The notes under the pieces are model-generated. The model saw only the letters and a program-made list of their open reading frames with translations. It was not told the origin of the DNA and ran no database searches. Position numbers and translations under genes: made by a program. Shown here one piece after another: positions 28,356 through 37,818 of a stretch of 64,000 bases of DNA. The DNA comes from a virus (taxonomy: Duplodnaviria > Caudoviricetes), in the IMG/VR virus record IMGVR_UViG_3300027486_000276, positions 25,790 to 89,789 of that record, one strand, 5' to 3'. Every line of letters starts with the position of its first letter. The stretch's first letter is position 1.

Positions 28356-29502
28356 CTCTAAAAATCCAAAAATTTTCAACCTCTTTCCAAAACTCTGGGC
28401 AGTCAATCACTGGTTCCGCAATTTGTTTGGCTTCAATTCCGTTCTTCAAAGAAGACTCGCTTAAATAAACTTTTCCGTTACTAATTAATCGTTTGTTCGA
28501 TTTATAGAAAGCATTTGAAGTGTACTCAATGCCGGTTTTCTTTTTCAAGTTAGTTGGCATTTGAGTAATATGTTCTTGATCAAGATACTTAAGTTTAATT
28601 TCTTCTAGCTTTTTACCTTCTAAATAAGTAAATAGCTGATAAGAAATATTACTATAAGCTAAGAAATCTGCAAATGCTATGTTATCATTTTCTTTGATTT
28701 CGTAAAAGATTCTTCCGACATTCTTTCTATTGTTAACAATGATGTTTGGGTCAATTGGTTTATCTGTGATTATAAAACATTGACAGACTTGCAGTTGTTC
28801 ATTTAAGAATTTTTCATTGTGTTCCAAGTCCATTCTAACAACAATATTATTAGAATTAAATTGCTTTGGATTTACAATTTGATTGGGAACCATTTCCAAT
28901 CTCATGTTATTATATTCAGCACCAAAGTAAAGGGTTTGAATAGAATTTACATGAGGAATCCCTAAGAGATTTAAAATATTGTTCGCAATTTCTTCTGGCT
29001 TTATTGAATTAATTGTCTTAGGATTTTCTTCAAAAGAGAATGTTGGCTTGTTCGTTCTCTTTGGTTCAAGTAAAACATGATCTTTAGGATCGCCAAAGAA
29101 TGGTTTTACACAATTGACATAGTTGTTAGAGTATAAAGCAACAATTTTTTTACCATATCCAGAAGCGATATGAGTTGGAAAGCTATCTGCTCCAAAATGA
29201 AGAAGAGAATCTCTTAAAATAAATGCGGTCTGATTAATGTTTGTAAGACCAACGAAGCTTAAAACATTACTGTAAACCTTTTCTTTTTCTTGTCCAAGCT
29301 GAATAATCTTTATGCCTTTTTCATTTAAAATAGGAGAAATAAGATTAATTACTTCCTGCCAATAATCATAAGTCTTTGAAGGCTTAGAGCTTGGGTGAAA
29401 AGTAACATATTTGTCAGCAGTAACAGGAAAAAATTTTTCGTAGATATAAGGCTTCTTAATTTTAACTCCAGAAGCTAGAGAATATTGCTCTAAAAGGTGC
29501 AT
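28330..29502 (-). CDS. GT9 (heptosyltransferase-like) C-terminal-half protein plus unknown C-terminal domain
   Basis: HLLEQY, YVTFHPSSK...TYDYWQEVI, KIIQLG, TNINQTAFILRDSLLHFGADSFPTHIASGYGKKIVALY = second Rossmann domain of GT9. Confidence 0.78.
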   Translation of the reverse strand: MHLLEQYSLASGVKIKKPYIYEKFFPVTADKYVTFHPSSKPSKTYDYWQEVINLISPILNEKGIKIIQLGQEKEKVYSNVLSFVGLTNINQTAFILRDSLLHFGADSFPTHIASGYGKKIVALYSNNYVNCVKPFFGDPKDHVLLEPKRTNKPTFSFEENPKTINSIKPEEIANNILNLLGIPHVNSIQTLYFGAEYNNMRLEMVPNQIVNPKQFNSNNIVVRMDLEHNEKFLNEQLQVCQCFIITDKPIDPNIIVNNRKNVGRIFYEIKENDNIAFADFLAYSNISYQLFTYLEGKKLEEIKLKYLDQEHITQMPTNLKKKTGIEYTSNAFYKSNKRLISNGKVYLSESSLKNGIEAKQIAEPVIDCPEFWKEVENFWIFRVDKSPVAA

Positions 29503-29503
29503 A

Positions 29504-31411
29504 TTATTTAATATCGAATGCGATCTTATCTTTTCCGTTATGAAGATAGTTTAGCATTTTTTGAGTTCCTATATGAGGCAAGAAAGCTATCTCAAAATAA
29601 CCTTGATGGTCGCCATGTCCCTCTAGCCATAGTAGACTATCCATTTGAGGAATGTATTCTAGAATTCTATGTATATAAGGATTACCTTCAACTACTGAGA
29701 AGTATTCTTTTTTAGTTGCAAAATATAAATTGTAATTGGGGTATGTTTCTTTTATCGATTCTAGAAGAGAAGTGCAAAGATAAATATCTCCAATGCTTTC
29801 TGGCATGACAAAAAGAATTCTCTTTCCTTTATCAGCAGGATCTAGAATATCTTCGAAATCAATTTTTCTATTTTTTTGATTTTCTTGTGCAGCTACTTGG
29901 CGAAAATAGTTTTCAATATTCTGTCGGCTTTCTCCTTCAGAAAGTTTCTTCATCCAATGCTTGTATCCGTCATCATTCTGATCGACCTGCTTCATCTTCA
30001 GAATGTTATGATACATGAAGATTAGCCATTCTCCATTTTCAGTGATATTTGGAACGCTGGCATTAGGATCTTTTTCTTCTTCCTTTAAGGAGAAGTCATA
30101 AGATGTAAAAGGAATAGAATCAATGTATTGTTCGAATAACTTTCCAATAACAGGAACAGAGTAATTATCTATAGCCCATTTTCTAGCCTTTTGACCCATC
30201 TGCCGTCTTTCAGACTCTGGCATCTTATAGGCGCGATACAATTGATTTGATATAGAATGGGGATAAGTAGACGCTTTTCTAAACTGAGTACCATGCTCTC
30301 TATACTCTGACCATTCAAGAGGAATAGAAGCAGCGTCAGGGTGACACATATCTTCTCCGCAACTGTAGTTAGTTACTAAAGTTACTAGTTCGCAATATTT
30401 AGCTTCTTGAATTGGAATTTCTTGTCCACCGCTAGTAAATGGGTGGCAATACACATCCATCAAATTATAAATCTCACACAACTGCTCTTCGCTTACGCCA
30501 AATCCAGTATTTGTGGTAGAGCAGCTTTTATCAGAATTACAAGCTGGACACTTTAACTCTTGACCTTGGAATGGAGTTACAAAGTAATTTTTACATTTAT
30601 TACAAACATAAGTTGTATGGATATCTTTTTTATCTATTTGATATTCGTCTGCAAGCTTATGAATGTCCCAACCTTCACCCCAATGAGTATGGAGTAAGAG
30701 CTTTGCGTTTTTTACATCAGGATGATTTTTAACAAAGTCTCTAAATCCTTCTAAGAGATTAGGTACAGATTTGCGAAGTTGATTTCTAAATACGAAACCT
30801 ACAACATAAGAATCACTGAGACCAAAACGAGCCTTAAGTTGTTTCTTTTTCTCTTCTCCTAAATAGCTGAACTTAGAATGATTTACAGGGCCATGCATTG
30901 TTCTGGCATTATTGATGCCAATTTTATGCATTTCTTTTGTAGCAAATTCACTCCAAATCCAATATTGAGAAGACTTCTTTGCTTGATTTATAGCTTCATC
31001 ATAGATTGGAAGAGAATCAAGAGTAACCCAAAGAAGAGAAGTGATATTCTTGTACCAGTGTTTATTATAGTACTGAGTAAAAGCCCAAGGATCTTGCGCT
31101 CCAATCCAAATATCAGGCTTCTCTTCCTTGATTACTTGATCAATGTAATAAGAACCATAGGATACATCTCTAGCGAGGGCGGGATCGGCATTAATCCTAT
31201 TGATCTCATTGGGATCGGTAGGGACACTTCCAAGACTCTTCCAAGGAGTCTTAGATAAAGCGGGAGAACCCACTTGGGTTCCCCCGCAGTAATGGATAAT
31301 ATCATACTTACCTGTGTTGTACAGATAAGAGACCAGTTCCTTCGCCGCCCTACCGAATCCAGTTTTAGCGAGGCACCAATCCGTTTGAATTACTATCTTT
31401 TTCTTTCGCAT
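29504..31411 (-). CDS. GT4 glycosyltransferase with Zn-ribbon insert, DUF4214-like module and C-terminal GT9 N-domain
   Basis: TGFGRAAKEL, VFRNQLRKSVPNLLEGF, YNLMDVYCHPFTSGGQEIPIQEAKYC (GT4); CNKC-x14-CPAC; MYHNIL...DDGYKHWMKKL..GESRQNI; RILFVMPESIGDIYLCTSLLESIKETYP. Confidence 0.85.
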   Translation of the reverse strand: MRKKKIVIQTDWCLAKTGFGRAAKELVSYLYNTGKYDIIHYCGGTQVGSPALSKTPWKSLGSVPTDPNEINRINADPALARDVSYGSYYIDQVIKEEKPDIWIGAQDPWAFTQYYNKHWYKNITSLLWVTLDSLPIYDEAINQAKKSSQYWIWSEFATKEMHKIGINNARTMHGPVNHSKFSYLGEEKKKQLKARFGLSDSYVVGFVFRNQLRKSVPNLLEGFRDFVKNHPDVKNAKLLLHTHWGEGWDIHKLADEYQIDKKDIHTTYVCNKCKNYFVTPFQGQELKCPACNSDKSCSTTNTGFGVSEEQLCEIYNLMDVYCHPFTSGGQEIPIQEAKYCELVTLVTNYSCGEDMCHPDAASIPLEWSEYREHGTQFRKASTYPHSISNQLYRAYKMPESERRQMGQKARKWAIDNYSVPVIGKLFEQYIDSIPFTSYDFSLKEEEKDPNASVPNITENGEWLIFMYHNILKMKQVDQNDDGYKHWMKKLSEGESRQNIENYFRQVAAQENQKNRKIDFEDILDPADKGKRILFVMPESIGDIYLCTSLLESIKETYPNYNLYFATKKEYFSVVEGNPYIHRILEYIPQMDSLLWLEGHGDHQGYFEIAFLPHIGTQKMLNYLHNGKDKIAFDIK

Positions 31412-31995
31412 TAGAATACGAGTTCTTCTGCTTGAGCCTCTGCTTCCGCTTGTGCAGCAGTTTGATTTAGTTGGATTTTATTATAAGCTGGCTTCTTTGG
31501 AGCTTCCTCCTCTTGAGCCTCCTTTGGGGCTGAAGCAGCTTTGTCTTGAGCATAAAAAGAGTTTCTAATAAACTCTTGCAAGAACTCCTTAACAAGAATT
31601 GCCTCTGCAAAAGTAAAGCCAATCAAAAAGCTTACTTTATTAACTGAATCTCCCTTTTGCTCCTTTGAAGCATTAAAGGAAAATCCAATCTGATTGTTAT
31701 CTCTGAGATAAGGGCAAAACTTGCCCATTGCGTTTGAGTTAGGAGCAGTATGGTAGAACTTATATTCTGCATTTCTGTTGATTGCGTCTACAATACCTGC
31801 TGCTTCGACTGCATTAAACTTTAATACAGTAGTCTTTTCTGGGTTCTTTGCGTTCTCACGAAAAGATCCAAGCTTCTTAGCTTCGTTCCAAGAGTGCTGC
31901 TTGATAAAATTAACAAACAAGGACGTATCCTTTGTTTGAAAAGAACAAGCGGTTCCAGTTACTTTTGCATTTCCCTTATAAAATTGTAGGTTCAT
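31411..31995 (-). CDS. Putative Whirly/PC4-fold ssDNA-binding protein
   Basis: Two beta-run+helix repeats ending VLKFNAVEAAGIVDAI and FLIGFTFAEAILVKEFL; low-complexity acidic tail ending EELVF; directly downstream of dnaE. Confidence 0.45.
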   Translation of the reverse strand: MNLQFYKGNAKVTGTACSFQTKDTSLFVNFIKQHSWNEAKKLGSFRENAKNPEKTTVLKFNAVEAAGIVDAINRNAEYKFYHTAPNSNAMGKFCPYLRDNNQIGFSFNASKEQKGDSVNKVSFLIGFTFAEAILVKEFLQEFIRNSFYAQDKAASAPKEAQEEEAPKKPAYNKIQLNQTAAQAEAEAQAEELVF

Positions 31996-32004
31996 TCAGA
32001 CATT

Positions 32005-32033
32005 ATTTTGCCTGAAAAAATGCGATTTATCAA
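32005..32033 (-). promoter_or_regulatory. Weak sigma70-like promoter for the 31411-31995 gene
   Basis: TTGATA (32033-32028) -17 nt- CAAAAT (32010-32005). Confidence 0.4.
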
Positions 32034-34588
32034 TTATTTTTTTCGGCTTTTAATTGAGAAAGTTTAGTGTAAACTGTATGGGTCTGAATAGCGACAAGTC
32101 TGGCAAACACAGAGTCTCCAAACTTCTGCCCAGTAACGATAACGATATCTTCTTCTTTTGGCATCCTATTATTTAGGCTTTGCATATCGTCAATTTTATC
32201 TGAGAAGATCATGACATTAACCGAAGCGGTTTCGTCTGAGATTTGCATCTTGAAGTACCTAGTCTTCTTCTCTCTTGAAACTCCTGACTTGCACTCTTGA
32301 ATGACTCCAATAAATGAAACCTCGTCTTTCTCAGCGAAATCCGCAATGTCTTTAATGTAGACCAGATCATCCTTCTTTGAAATGAAGACTTCTCTTAATT
32401 TATTTCTGACGCTATATCCGATAATAGAATTCTCATAAAACCAATTAGCAAAACTTTCCGACTTGCTATTAATTTCATAGATCTTTTTATAGGGATCTGC
32501 TTTCGTTCGTAAGGTTTGAAGTCTTGATTCTTTAATATAAGGTTTGCCTTGGATATCTTTATTATCCTTCATGTGAAGAAGAATTTTAACTAAGTCATAA
32601 TCAAAATTCTCACCAAAAAGTTTGGCATTAATCTTTTCCTTATTAGTTAAGACGTTCCAAAGTTGAGCTTCATATACTATTTTACTTCTTGATTGTTTGA
32701 AGTCACCATCTAAAGCACCAGCTTGAATCAAGGCGCAAAGCACTCCGATGTTCAGGTTAGCCTGAGATGCAGTTTCAAAGATATCAAACTTGTTTTGAAA
32801 TTCTTTCCTAAATTCATTGACAGCTTTGACAGTTTTTTCGCTAATTCCTTTTACTGACAATAATCCAAATCGAATATCATCACCTTCAATGCAAAACTCT
32901 TCCTTTGATTTTATTAGATGAGGAGGGAGTAATTTAATATTAAAATAAACAAGTTCCTTTTCAATCTTGGAGATTTCTCCGATTGGATCTGGTTCATGCT
33001 TGCTCATCTTTAGGAGAGACAAGAAGAACTGCTGGGGGTATTTGAATTTTAGATAGATTGAGATTGCGGCAAGAGCGGCATAGGCTACAGAATGGGATTT
33101 ATTGAATTGGTAATTAGCAGAGTCGTTAGCAATTCTCCAGAGAACTTCGCCAATCTTGGGATCAAGCTTTTGTTCAGAGATCTTATCTTTAATCTTCTGC
33201 TCCCATTCTTTCATCTCTTCGACCTTCTTTTTGCCTACGCAGCGTCGAACGATTTCTGCTTCATCAAGAGAAAAGCCAACTTTGCTCACCATTTTCATCA
33301 ACTGCTCTTGATACAAGCAAACGCCTCCAGTCACGCCCAAGATGTCATCAAAGAAAGGATGAATGCTTTCATAATGATCATTATTGGTATAGTTGGCGTA
33401 CTTATCAATGAACTGAAGTGCGCCGGGACGAGCAAGAGCCAATACGCCGCTTAATTGCTCAAGGTTCTTTGGCTTTACCTTTTGGCAGACTTTGAAGTTT
33501 GTTTCTGCCTCAATTTGGAATAATCCATGAGGTAATTTGAAATCTTGTAGTTGCTGATATATAAAAACATCATTTACATCAATGTCCTCATATCTAATAC
33601 CAAGAGATTTGCAAACGTCATCTACAACAGAAACACCTCTCAAACCTAGAAGATCAAGTTTAATATTATATGCTGTAACATTATTCATGTCATAGCTGGA
33701 GACAATCTGCTTATCAGAAGAAAGCTCTACCGGACAAGACTCTTCAAGAGGAGAGTGGGCCAGCAAAAGACCAGAAGGATGAACGCCTTTATTCTTATTA
33801 AGATTTTGAAGTTTTAGGGCAATCTTATAAACTTCTTCATTATTTCCTGCCCATTCTGCGAACTTTTCGCTCTCTGTAATTGCATCCTCAAGACTCTTGA
33901 CTTGTCCGAATAGTTTTGGAATATAAGATGAAACATCGTTCATCTCGCTTTCCTGCTTTTCTGCCACTACTTTTCCTGACTCCTTGATGCAGAGTTTAGA
34001 GCTTAGGGTGTTAAGGGTTAGGATTTTAGAAGTCTTGCCTTTGAACTTTTCTTCAAGATAACTGATAACTTTGTGACGATTATAATAACAGATATCTAGG
34101 TCAACGTCAGGGAATAAAGATCCATCAAAATAAGTAACTCCATCTATTACTGTTTTCTTTGCTCTAGCTTTAGAGATGAAACGCTCAAAGAACAGTTCGT
34201 ACTTAATGGGGTCAATTTTGGTTACGTCAATGAGAAATAAGAGAAGTGAACCAGCGCAAGATCCTCTTCCCGGTCCAGTAGGAATATTATTTTCTCTGCA
34301 ATAATTAATTACATCCCAAATAAGGATAATATAATCAATGAACTCAAGCTCTTGTAGAATCTGTAATTCATAATTAACGCGATCAACATATCTCTTATAA
34401 AGCTCACTACCTTTTTCAAGATTAAGCTTATAAAATCCTTCTCTAGCTAGGCTCCTTAAGAAGTCGTAATTAGAAGTAGCGGCGACTAGATTAAGTCTAG
34501 CTTTATGTCTTTGATCAATTTCAAAGACAGGCATTCTAAGACCATGCAAACCAAGGTCGTATTTTTGAAAGTCTTTAGTAAAATTCAT
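32030..34588 (-). CDS. dnaE: DNA polymerase III alpha catalytic core, lacking the PHP domain
   Basis: GPGRGSCAGSL, LFFERFIS, PDVDLD, GVHPSG, KLDLLGL, YQEQLM, FNKSHSVAYA, OB domain at C-term. Likely start is ATG 34588 (ATGA overlap with upstream stop) rather than 34618. Confidence 0.96.
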   Translation of the reverse strand: MNFTKDFQKYDLGLHGLRMPVFEIDQRHKARLNLVAATSNYDFLRSLAREGFYKLNLEKGSELYKRYVDRVNYELQILQELEFIDYIILIWDVINYCRENNIPTGPGRGSCAGSLLLFLIDVTKIDPIKYELFFERFISKARAKKTVIDGVTYFDGSLFPDVDLDICYYNRHKVISYLEEKFKGKTSKILTLNTLSSKLCIKESGKVVAEKQESEMNDVSSYIPKLFGQVKSLEDAITESEKFAEWAGNNEEVYKIALKLQNLNKNKGVHPSGLLLAHSPLEESCPVELSSDKQIVSSYDMNNVTAYNIKLDLLGLRGVSVVDDVCKSLGIRYEDIDVNDVFIYQQLQDFKLPHGLFQIEAETNFKVCQKVKPKNLEQLSGVLALARPGALQFIDKYANYTNNDHYESIHPFFDDILGVTGGVCLYQEQLMKMVSKVGFSLDEAEIVRRCVGKKKVEEMKEWEQKIKDKISEQKLDPKIGEVLWRIANDSANYQFNKSHSVAYAALAAISIYLKFKYPQQFFLSLLKMSKHEPDPIGEISKIEKELVYFNIKLLPPHLIKSKEEFCIEGDDIRFGLLSVKGISEKTVKAVNEFRKEFQNKFDIFETASQANLNIGVLCALIQAGALDGDFKQSRSKIVYEAQLWNVLTNKEKINAKLFGENFDYDLVKILLHMKDNKDIQGKPYIKESRLQTLRTKADPYKKIYEINSKSESFANWFYENSIIGYSVRNKLREVFISKKDDLVYIKDIADFAEKDEVSFIGVIQECKSGVSREKKTRYFKMQISDETASVNVMIFSDKIDDMQSLNNRMPKEEDIVIVTGQKFGDSVFARLVAIQTHTVYTKLSQLKAEKNN

Positions 34589-35223
34589 ATTGCGATCTGG
34601 AATTTGAGCTTGTTCCATACTTTGATGTTTAAATGTAAGTCGTTAAGTGCGTCGTGTAAGGTTTCGTAATCGTGGTCAATATCGTATTCTTTGCCAAGTG
34701 CAGTTAAATTGGTTTTTACTCCTTTGCGTCTTTCATTCAGTATTCTGTACTGATATTCAATCAAGCTAATATCTTTAGAATAAGGGATCTCATATTTGAT
34801 GCCTTTGGCTAGGCAGTTTGTGTCGATAACCTTATTAACCAAATGCTTCCATTCTTTTCCGTGCATCTCGTAATAGTCTTTTATCAAGTAAATATCAAAA
34901 TTAAGAACATTGTGACCTACGATATAATCGCACTTTTCTAGCCACTGATCAATTGTTTTAATTGCTTCGCTTGAGTGTACTGCAATTTTATTATATTTGT
35001 ACTGATCAAAGCGAGTTATTACTGCCGCTTCTTTGCTAACATTAATTGGTTTATCCCATTTGATATGTATGTCAGAGGTTTCTAAAATCTCATTACCCTT
35101 AACTCTAATCATACCACACTGCCAAGGGCGATTATTAATGAAACTTAGACAAAGATTCTCGGTTTCTAAGTCTATAAAAGTGTAAACTTTATCCTTATCG
35201 TAACGAAGTAGATTTTCCATCAT
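34585..35223 (-). CDS. dnaQ: DEDDh 3'-5' exonuclease (Pol III epsilon-like)
   Basis: FIDLETE (ExoI), VGHNVLNFD (ExoII), LHDALND (ExoIII); between PHP and dnaE genes. Confidence 0.88.
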   Translation of the reverse strand: MMENLLRYDKDKVYTFIDLETENLCLSFINNRPWQCGMIRVKGNEILETSDIHIKWDKPINVSKEAAVITRFDQYKYNKIAVHSSEAIKTIDQWLEKCDYIVGHNVLNFDIYLIKDYYEMHGKEWKHLVNKVIDTNCLAKGIKYEIPYSKDISLIEYQYRILNERRKGVKTNLTALGKEYDIDHDYETLHDALNDLHLNIKVWNKLKFQIAI

Positions 35224-35972
35224 ACAGCGTTCGCCTCCTTCCAGCTTTCAAAGCTAAATTCTGCGCTACACATATGTTCTAAATTTGGCTTATTAAGAGT
35301 CGTTCTGTTGTTAATGCATCTAAATGTCAAGTAGGATTTAAAATCTTCTCTCGTATTGTAGTAAAGACTTTTTGCAGGAACTATTTCATATTCGTCTTTG
35401 CAAAAGTTAATTACTTTTTGTTTTACAATATGATCAAAAGGCAGATTGTTATCCTCTACTAGAAACGTAGGTTTAGTAAATTTTAATTCTGGGCAGCACA
35501 AAGAATAACTCATTGTGTTATTGAACAAGAACGAATCATAAAAAGGCACACACAGCTTTAGGCTAGACTCGTCCCATTCTTGAGTCAAGGTTTTTTCATC
35601 TATTCTTGGAACATAATAGAAGCCATCTGTGGCGGCAATACTAAATATCTTGATTAGTTTCTTATAGCCGCTTCCATTTTTTGCGAAGACTATAATTTTA
35701 CTAGACTTTTTAAGAGACTCTTCTGTCTTGTCGTTGATATCAGGGCATAATTCAAGCCTCAAACCATAATAGAATGGAATCTTAAAGTTCTTAAAAGCGT
35801 CAAGAAAAGAACTCATATTCTCTTCTACTAAGAATATTTGTTCCAGTTTATTGTCTTTAGCTATGTCTACGATTGAAGAAGATCCTTCTTTGGATGAAGT
35901 ACCTGCTTTGTCTAGAGTTAAGATTGACTTACCTATGCTGTAATGGCTTTTAAAAAGCGGTAGTATTTTCAT
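35220..35972 (-). CDS. Stand-alone PHP domain of Pol III alpha
   Basis: FKSHYSIGKSILT, IVFAKNGSGYKKLIKIFS.A..DGFYYVPRID match the DnaE N-terminal PHP domain; canonical HxH metal ligands degenerate. Confidence 0.88.
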   Translation of the reverse strand: MKILPLFKSHYSIGKSILTLDKAGTSSKEGSSSIVDIAKDNKLEQIFLVEENMSSFLDAFKNFKIPFYYGLRLELCPDINDKTEESLKKSSKIIVFAKNGSGYKKLIKIFSIAATDGFYYVPRIDEKTLTQEWDESSLKLCVPFYDSFLFNNTMSYSLCCPELKFTKPTFLVEDNNLPFDHIVKQKVINFCKDEYEIVPAKSLYYNTREDFKSYLTFRCINNRTTLNKPNLEHMCSAEFSFESWKEANAV

Positions 35973-35981
35973 GATTAAGAG

Positions 35982-36908
35982 TTATTTCCATCTAGGGCAA
36001 CCTTCGTATTTAAACTTTTTAATGACTTGAGTGTCATCTTTTTTAGCTGCTTTAGCTTCTTCTGCGGTAAAGTAGCTCTTTACAAAATTATCGTCCTTAT
36101 CGTAAATAGAATAAAACCACATCTCATTCTTAAACGGGCAAACCCAAGTAGCTCCTGCTTGGCAAAGCCATTTGCTCTTTACGTCATCTGCGGCAAAATT
36201 CTGCTTTGCATCTTGCTCAGTGAAATTAGTTACCTTCTCATAAACGTATTTAAGATATGTCTCAAATCCACGCAATTCATCATCAGTAAATTTTACCGGC
36301 TGAACTGGCTCTTTAGGAAATCTGAGAAATACAAATTCTACCTCTGGATCATAGTCAGGCCAATAAATCTTAGAGGCGATAGAGTATAGCATGGCTTGTA
36401 CATTAGCTGTCAACTCTTCACCTTTGAATTTTGCCTTGCTAGACTTGTAATCTCTAATTTTACTCTTCTTTTCTTTCTTATAAAGAATAGGAAGGTCAAT
36501 AAAGCCTCTAGCCTTATATCCTTCTCTTTCTATTTTAAACTCAAACTCTGGGTTTTGAATATTGCCGCCCTTTGGAAAGAAGTCGCTTTTAAGACCGACA
36601 AGAATCATTTTATTGATTAAAGCCATGTCTTCAGGATTATTGATGCCTTCCTTTGTAGCGTGTTTCTTTACAAGTCTACTTATTGGAACGCAAGAAAGAG
36701 GGTCAGCAGAGGCAATAATTTTCTTATAAAGATTCTTATGACGAGGATTAAGAAGCAGTTCAAATATTAAATGACAAATTGTACCACGCTTTGCTCCTGA
36801 ATTAGACTTCTCAGGAATATTCAAATGATACTTACAATAGTAAGACCATGAACAAGTCTCAAGAGCCTTGATGCGCGAGGCAGATAGGTAGACTTCTTTT
36901 TTATCCAT
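35982..36908 (-). CDS. PD-(D/E)xK exonuclease (RecB/Cas4-like)
   Basis: LSASRIKALETC..SYY, RGTICH, GFID...IRDYKSSK, QAMLY; extra Cys at C-term (WLC, WVCPF, GCP). Confidence 0.88.
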   Translation of the reverse strand: MDKKEVYLSASRIKALETCSWSYYCKYHLNIPEKSNSGAKRGTICHLIFELLLNPRHKNLYKKIIASADPLSCVPISRLVKKHATKEGINNPEDMALINKMILVGLKSDFFPKGGNIQNPEFEFKIEREGYKARGFIDLPILYKKEKKSKIRDYKSSKAKFKGEELTANVQAMLYSIASKIYWPDYDPEVEFVFLRFPKEPVQPVKFTDDELRGFETYLKYVYEKVTNFTEQDAKQNFAADDVKSKWLCQAGATWVCPFKNEMWFYSIYDKDDNFVKSYFTAEEAKAAKKDDTQVIKKFKYEGCPRWK

Positions 36909-37818
36909 TGAATTCCTTCATATATAAGTCTATCTCATTTTTACTCATTAATCCAAAATCTTTTTTGGGAGGCAGCTTTATCTTAACTTGATTCTCGTCA
37001 AAGAACATCAAGAGTTTAGATTTTGCTTTTTTCGCCGCTTCATTACCAGCAGAATTATTAAAAAAATCATTATTGAATGCAATAACTACTTCTTGAACAG
37101 ACTTCTCTAATAAAAATTTTGTTATTCTAGGAGATATTGCTAATCCAAAAGTGATGATTACGTTCTTATAGCCAGCTTGCCATAAAGCTAACATATCTCC
37201 AATGCTTTCAATCAGGAAAACTCTACCTCTTTCAGATATAGTATCTTTGCTAAAGAACGCTGGGTAAACCCATTCTTTCTTTGTGCCAAGGTGCTTCCAT
37301 TTGATAAAGTCTGGACGTTTAGAATCAACTAATGCTCTGCCGCTAAATCCTACAATTTTACCAGATGGATTGTAAATAGGAAAAACATAACGATTAATCA
37401 TGTTTCCTTTTTTAGCTATTCCACCTTTAAACTCTGCTACGATCTCTTCTTTGACTCCTCTATTAAGCCAGTATCCATGATTCTTTTCAAGACTGACGAG
37501 CATTGATTCATCGTAAATCTTTACTTGATTGATGGTATTTTTTTCTTGGTTTACGACAATTCCCGTGAAGTTAAACTTCTCGGCGAGCATCTTATCTGCA
37601 TAATCTAGATCATTTAGATTAAGTGTGATTTGAACTAATTCACTTAACTTACCACCTCGACATAGTTTATAGTCATACCAATAACCAGTATTTTTATTGA
37701 TTGCTAGAACTGTATCATTATCTGAACTCCTATAGATCGGCCTAGTTCTGTACCAGCCGCCGAAGTCTTTAAGATTTTGATACCCGATATTTTGAAGTAT
37801 TTCTTTTATGTCACTCAT
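36901..37818 (-). CDS. dnaG: DnaG-like primase (Toprim)
   Basis: RYVFPIYNPSGKIVGFSGR, KWKH, VFLIESIGDMLALWQAG, AFNND...GNEAAKK; adjacent to DnaB. Confidence 0.9.
   Translation of the reverse strand: MSDIKEILQNIGYQNLKDFGGWYRTRPIYRSSDNDTVLAINKNTGYWYDYKLCRGGKLSELVQITLNLNDLDYADKMLAEKFNFTGIVVNQEKNTINQVKIYDESMLVSLEKNHGYWLNRGVKEEIVAEFKGGIAKKGNMINRYVFPIYNPSGKIVGFSGRALVDSKRPDFIKWKHLGTKKEWVYPAFFSKDTISERGRVFLIESIGDMLALWQAGYKNVIITFGLAISPRITKFLLEKSVQEVVIAFNNDFFNNSAGNEAAKKAKSKLLMFFDENQVKIKLPPKKDFGLMSKNEIDLYMKEFNG

Noticed and set aside
35982-36908. CRISPR-Cas association of the Cas4-like nuclease
   Set aside because: No cas1/cas2 or array nearby; sits in a replication operon as is usual for phage PD-(D/E)xK exonucleases.
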